Shown: piece after piece, positions 59,385 to 63,646 of the stretch
How the letters are laid out: each line of letters opens with the position of its first letter
How positions within the stretch are numbered: position 1 is the first letter of the stretch
Source of the DNA: Patescibacteria group bacterium
GTDB taxonomy: Bacteria; Patescibacteriota; Patescibacteriia; UM-FILTER-42-10
Length of the DNA: 63,646 nucleotides
Direction: 5' to 3'
Assembly (NCBI GenBank): GCA_041664365.1
Contig: JBAYKW010000008.1
Location: forward strand, 1 to 63,646
Notes under the pieces: model-generated
Database searches by the model: none
What the model saw: the letters and a program-made list of their open reading frames with translations, nothing else
Told to the model about the DNA's origin: nothing
Position numbers and translations under genes: made by a program

Positions 59385-59943
59385 ATAAAATAATTGCTAT
59401 AAACACAAAAAGTATGCCTTCATATGAAATTTTGTCTGCTTTTTCATTTTGGAAAAATGAATTAATTCCATTATCAATTATGTCAAAAGCCAACCTGTCT
59501 TTTTTATTACTACGAACATAAATTTTTTGCTCCGAATATCTACCTTTATGGAAACCGATGCTCATGTTTAATTCTTTCAAAATAAATTCGTTTTCTTTTT
59601 TTTGATAAGACAAATTATTTTTCGTCAAGATATTTTCTATTCCATGCTCAATTGATGCTTTGCCAGTGTTCCAGACTATGTAGGTTGTATATAATTTAGA
59701 AAGATAAAAAAGTAGCCACAAAAAAAAGGCAATAACAATAGAAATAATAATTTTTGGTACCAACGTTATATCAGGATTAGTAATGAATATAACTGACCAG
59801 GGGATGATCAAAGCAGAAATCCCAATTGCGAAACTGTCTTTAACAATCAACACCTTTCTCATTAGTATCCTGATACCCAAAAGCGCCACTTCTATAGCGT
59901 TGACAGCTAATGCAATATCGAAGTCTTTATAACTAAAAACCAT
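59362..59943 (-). CDS. Hypothetical membrane protein
   Basis: Four hydrophobic segments. Confidence 0.65.
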   Translation of the reverse strand: MVFSYKDFDIALAVNAIEVALLGIRILMRKVLIVKDSFAIGISALIIPWSVIFITNPDITLVPKIIISIVIAFFLWLLFYLSKLYTTYIVWNTGKASIEHGIENILTKNNLSYQKKENEFILKELNMSIGFHKGRYSEQKIYVRSNKKDRLAFDIIDNGINSFFQNEKADKISYEGILFVFIAIILFVFTFSN

Positions 59944-60019
59944 TAGTGAATATTAGATTTATCTTATGAATACTATTTAATAGTATCATTTTTTTAATAA
60001 ATAAAAAAGGCCAGTTTTG

Positions 60020-60469
60020 TTAGAATGGCCTGAAGGAAATAACAGTCGCTAGTAGCCCGATAAAAGCACCGGCAACTACCTGTGGCAGTGTATGTCCCAG
60101 AAGTGTTTTCAACGCTTGCGGTCGTGAATCGCGTTCGAGCAGATGCTCTAACTCTCTGATTAGGACATTAAGCACTTCTGCGTGTTTACCCGTGGCGTGC
60201 CGAACTTTTGCAGCGTCGTAGATGATGAATGCTGCAAGCGTGAAGCCGATGGCAAACTCAGCGCTGTCCCACCCTTCGGTTATTCCCAGACCGGCAGCCA
60301 GCGCGATGATTCCGGCTGTGTGAGAAGAGGGCATACCTCCCGTCTCAAATAACCTTCTGGGCTGAAAACTCCCCTCTGGATAGAATGTGATAATGACTTT
60401 CAGAAGTTGTGCCGTGAAGTTGGCGGCGATGGCTGTCAGAAGCACCTGGTTGTGAAAAATTCCGTTCAT
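60020..60469 (-). CDS. Divergent PAP2 family protein (DUF212)
   Basis: GGMPSSH-A, YDA--VR--TG-HA--LN, LGHT--QV-AG; promoter TTGACT-17-TAAACT at 60551-60579. Confidence 0.9.
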   Translation of the reverse strand: MNGIFHNQVLLTAIAANFTAQLLKVIITFYPEGSFQPRRLFETGGMPSSHTAGIIALAAGLGITEGWDSAEFAIGFTLAAFIIYDAAKVRHATGKHAEVLNVLIRELEHLLERDSRPQALKTLLGHTLPQVVAGAFIGLLATVISFRPF

Positions 60470-60631
60470 TTCACTTCCCGAGGATGTTGTGTTTTTGCGT
60501 CTCGTAACGAACAATCGATCAAAACATGCAAAGGATTGCATGAGTATGTGAGTTTAACGGAACCTGGGAAGAAAGTCAATTTCACATAGACCACCTTAAA
60601 ATAATGCGTAAATGTGTTATACTAAAAAACT

Positions 60632-62392
60632 ATGGCAAAGTATACCAAACAAACATTCAGAATTTATTGGCACCAGACAAAAAAGTATCGGGGTGCATTT
60701 TTGCTTATTTGTCTGGCGATCAGTATCGGTTCAATTACCAATCTTGTCGCGCCGCTTTTTTATAAGGAATTTTTTGATGTATTGTCGAGTGCTGGTGAGA
60801 CTGCCGGAAAAATAGGATCATTAAAAATTATTCTGCTAAAAGTGCTCGGTGTTTATCTGGTTAGCTGGGTTTTTTGGCGTACGGCCGGTTTTGGTGTTTC
60901 ATATTTTCAAACACACATCATGGCTGATCTGATGAACGACTGTTTTGCGTATATCCATAAACACTCAGTAACATTTTTCAATAATAATTTTGTCGGATCG
61001 TTGGTGAAAAAAGTCAACCGTTTTGCTCATTCCTTTGAGTTAATTGCCGACCTGATTTTTTGGGACCTGTTGCCGATTACCGTGGATATAATTATGATCT
61101 TTGTTGTTCTGAGCCAGAAGAATCTAATGCTAGGTCTGGCCGTGCTGTTATGGGTGATAATTTATTTGTTGGTTAACTACATTTTCAGTCGTTATAAGAT
61201 GAAGTTTGATGTCAGGCGGGCGGTATTGAATTCCAAAGTAACCGGGATGTTGGCCGATACTATAACTAATCATCTAAACGTCAAACTATTTAACGGTTAC
61301 GAAAGGGAAAGAGGCGGTTTCCGCGGGATTAACAGTCAATATCAGAAACTTCAGCAGTTTACCTGGAATCTGGCCAATTATTTCGAAGGCGGGCAGGCAT
61401 TAATGATGATTGGTTTGGAGTTGGGGGTAATGTATTATGCGGTTACGCTCTGGCAACAGGATATTTTAAGTGTCGGCGATTTTGTATTGTTGCAGGCATA
61501 TCTTTTAAACATCATTTTAAGATTATGGAATTTCGGCCGGATCATCCGAAAATATTATGAGGCATTAGCTGATGCTGAAGAGATGACTGAGATACTTGAG
61601 ACTCCACATGAAATAAAGGATATACCCGGAGCATTACCGATATCAGTAAAGATGGGTTCGATAAATTTTGAAAATGTTGCTTTCAGTTACAATATGACAC
61701 GCAAAATAATTAGAGATTTGAATTTAAAGATTGAAGCACGGGAAAAAATTGCCCTGGTCGGTCCTTCCGGTTCCGGCAAATCCACGATAGTAAACCTATT
61801 GCTGCGCAATTATGATTTAACTGATGGGCAAATATCTGTTGACGGTCAGAAGATCAATAGTGTCACCCAGGAATCACTTTGGCATAATATTGCACTAGTG
61901 AATCAGGACCCGATTTTATTTCACCGGACACTGAAAGAAAACATCTCCTACGGCTTGCCGAGTGCCGGTGATGCGGATGTAATTGAAGCTGCTAAACAGG
62001 CTCATGCACATGACTTCATTCGCAGTCTGCCGGGGGGTTATAGCACTTATGTTGGTGAACGTGGTGTTAAACTTTCGGGTGGGGAACGCCAGCGCGTGGC
62101 TATTGCACGTGCTATATTAAAAAATGCGCCGATATTGGTACTGGATGAAGCGACCTCTTCGCTTGATTCTGAATCAGAAGAGCTGATCCAAGATGCATTG
62201 GGTAATTTGATGAAGGATAAGACAGTTATTGTAATTGCCCATCGTCTTTCAACAATTATGAAAATGGACCGGATTATTGTGCTGAATGAAGGCGCGATTG
62301 TGGAGCAGGGAACGCACCAGGAATTAGTAAACAGCAAGGGCGGTCTTTATAAAAAACTCTGGGAAAAACAGATCGGTGGATTTATAGAGTAA
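60632..62392 (+). CDS. ABC transporter permease/ATP-binding protein (MsbA-like exporter)
   Basis: Six TM; GPSGSGKST, LSGGERQR, ILVLDEATS, IAHRLST. Confidence 0.96.
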   Translation: MAKYTKQTFRIYWHQTKKYRGAFLLICLAISIGSITNLVAPLFYKEFFDVLSSAGETAGKIGSLKIILLKVLGVYLVSWVFWRTAGFGVSYFQTHIMADLMNDCFAYIHKHSVTFFNNNFVGSLVKKVNRFAHSFELIADLIFWDLLPITVDIIMIFVVLSQKNLMLGLAVLLWVIIYLLVNYIFSRYKMKFDVRRAVLNSKVTGMLADTITNHLNVKLFNGYERERGGFRGINSQYQKLQQFTWNLANYFEGGQALMMIGLELGVMYYAVTLWQQDILSVGDFVLLQAYLLNIILRLWNFGRIIRKYYEALADAEEMTEILETPHEIKDIPGALPISVKMGSINFENVAFSYNMTRKIIRDLNLKIEAREKIALVGPSGSGKSTIVNLLLRNYDLTDGQISVDGQKINSVTQESLWHNIALVNQDPILFHRTLKENISYGLPSAGDADVIEAAKQAHAHDFIRSLPGGYSTYVGERGVKLSGGERQRVAIARAILKNAPILVLDEATSSLDSESEELIQDALGNLMKDKTVIVIAHRLSTIMKMDRIIVLNEGAIVEQGTHQELVNSKGGLYKKLWEKQIGGFIE

Positions 62393-62459
62393 TATGTTTT
62401 GGTAAGATAAAAAACTTACCCTTTGGGTAAGTTTTTATTTTATTATTGCATTTAATTGC

Positions 62460-63338
62460 TTATGGCTGAAGAATTCCTTCGGTTTTCCCGTCAATGGAGA
62501 TAAATACTTCCTGCACGGAGTCGAACTGCTTTAAAGTATTTTCAATCTGGGCACGGACCATTTGAACACGGCAAGAACCGCCGATGTTTTGCAGTTCCTG
62601 ATTGAAATCCGCATAGGCTTTTCCGTCAGTAATATTTAAAGAAAGCAACCGGGCGGATGGACTGATACTTGTGTTGTAATCATCATTTTCTTCAGCTTCT
62701 GTCGGGCCGGTCAGTAGTTGATTAACAGCGGCGGTGGCTATTTGAGGTGTCTCATCGATAAGTCGTTTAACCGCAAAGACTGTACTACAGTCGGATTGTT
62801 CTGATTCTTTACCTAAATATATTTCAATTTCACTGATTGTTGAAGCGACGAATTTAATTGGTATTCTTAATTCTTTTTCTAATGATTTAATTCCTGAAGG
62901 GTTTGCATTCTGCAGTACCAGGAACCCGGCTGTGGCTGATCCTTTTGTAAATGTAAGCAGTGCGGTAAAATCAACATAATTTTCCGTCTGCCAGTCGCCA
63001 ATGGCTTCTGCGTTTCCGTAGCCAATTTGTTTATCATTCTCATCGACTATCTGAACTGGAAATACCGCCTCAAAAAACCAACTGCCTTTTGCTCTGCCGG
63101 CAACTGTCAGCGGACTATTAACAGTTTCATCTGGAACTGGTTTAGTAACTTGGACATCTGATTGCATTGCACTGTTAGTATTGGAATTAGTATTTATTGC
63201 CGTATTTGTATCCTGCTGCCCGTTGCTGTTTAATGAACTGTTGGAATTTACCCCATCATTTTGTATCAGATAAAATATCATAACGCCAATAACGACGATT
63301 AATATTACAATAATGATTATTAGATATTTATTTTTCAT
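62460..63338 (-). CDS. Gmad2 Ig-like plus GerMN domain protein
   Basis: SPL-V-G-AKGSWFFEAVFPV, LL-GPT-AE, GGSCRV---RAQIE-TL-QF. Confidence 0.9.
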   Translation of the reverse strand: MKNKYLIIIIVILIVVIGVMIFYLIQNDGVNSNSSLNSNGQQDTNTAINTNSNTNSAMQSDVQVTKPVPDETVNSPLTVAGRAKGSWFFEAVFPVQIVDENDKQIGYGNAEAIGDWQTENYVDFTALLTFTKGSATAGFLVLQNANPSGIKSLEKELRIPIKFVASTISEIEIYLGKESEQSDCSTVFAVKRLIDETPQIATAAVNQLLTGPTEAEENDDYNTSISPSARLLSLNITDGKAYADFNQELQNIGGSCRVQMVRAQIENTLKQFDSVQEVFISIDGKTEGILQP

Positions 63339-63626
63339 AAATATAATATTACTGATAATACTGTCTTAATAATATCAGTAATATAGTTAATATCAATGGA
63401 TGTTTGATAATTGCTGTTATAATGCATAATAAGCCGTATTTATCGGCAGTTACTTGACAAAAATACCATAAATGCTATTATACAGGCGGACAACTGAAAA
63501 CTGATAATTACAATTACACAGTGCAGAGGTTCATTGTCCCTTATTCAATGGGGATAAGTATAGTTTACATAGAAATATTAGTCGAATTTCGAAGTAACTA
63601 TATACTAATTCATTCCTTACGACGTT

Positions 63627-63646
63627 ATGCAAGGAACAATCAAAAA
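63627..63646 (+). CDS. Start of a probable cold-shock protein (truncated by the window edge)
   Basis: MQGTIK start after a long AT-rich leader and TTGACA-16-TATTAT promoter; only six codons visible. Confidence 0.4.

Noticed and set aside
2726-62337. Numerous short ORF-track entries antisense to or nested in long genes
   Set aside because: No motifs or start signals; they overlap well-supported genes.
1-63646. Alternative genetic code (TGA=Gly/Trp)
   Set aside because: ruvB ends in TGA at its expected C-terminus, and long ORFs are intact in code 11.

Overview
AT-rich bacterial chromosome segment read in standard code 11 (TGA is a stop). The gene mix suggests Patescibacteria/CPR (inference): VanW, PilT, bPH_2, Gmad2/GerMN, giant secreted proteins, many conserved hypotheticals and little metabolism. 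Housekeeping content: ruvB, queA, rplS, an RluA-family synthase, pepA, dxs, Hsp20, six tRNAs, a flippase/GT4/two O-antigen-ligase-like locus flanked by peptidoglycan-active enzymes, a two-component pair, and MFS and ABC transporters. Best lead: the 3' tail of queA occurs three times (ending 8738, 10718, 13308). The two downstream copies each follow a conserved module carrying an inward-facing sigma70-like promoter, and together they bracket two tandem 2-2.6 kb cargo units with no integrase. This looks like serial site-specific integration at queA. Other leads: an orphan structured ncRNA candidate upstream of ruvB, a stand-alone PvcA/isocyanide-synthase-like protein, self-contained GC-rich promoter-SD-ORF-terminator islets, a perfect 40-bp palindrome, unannotated microproteins, and two giant LysM-tipped paralogues with different inserted domains. 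All protein calls come from motif recognition; no database searches were run.
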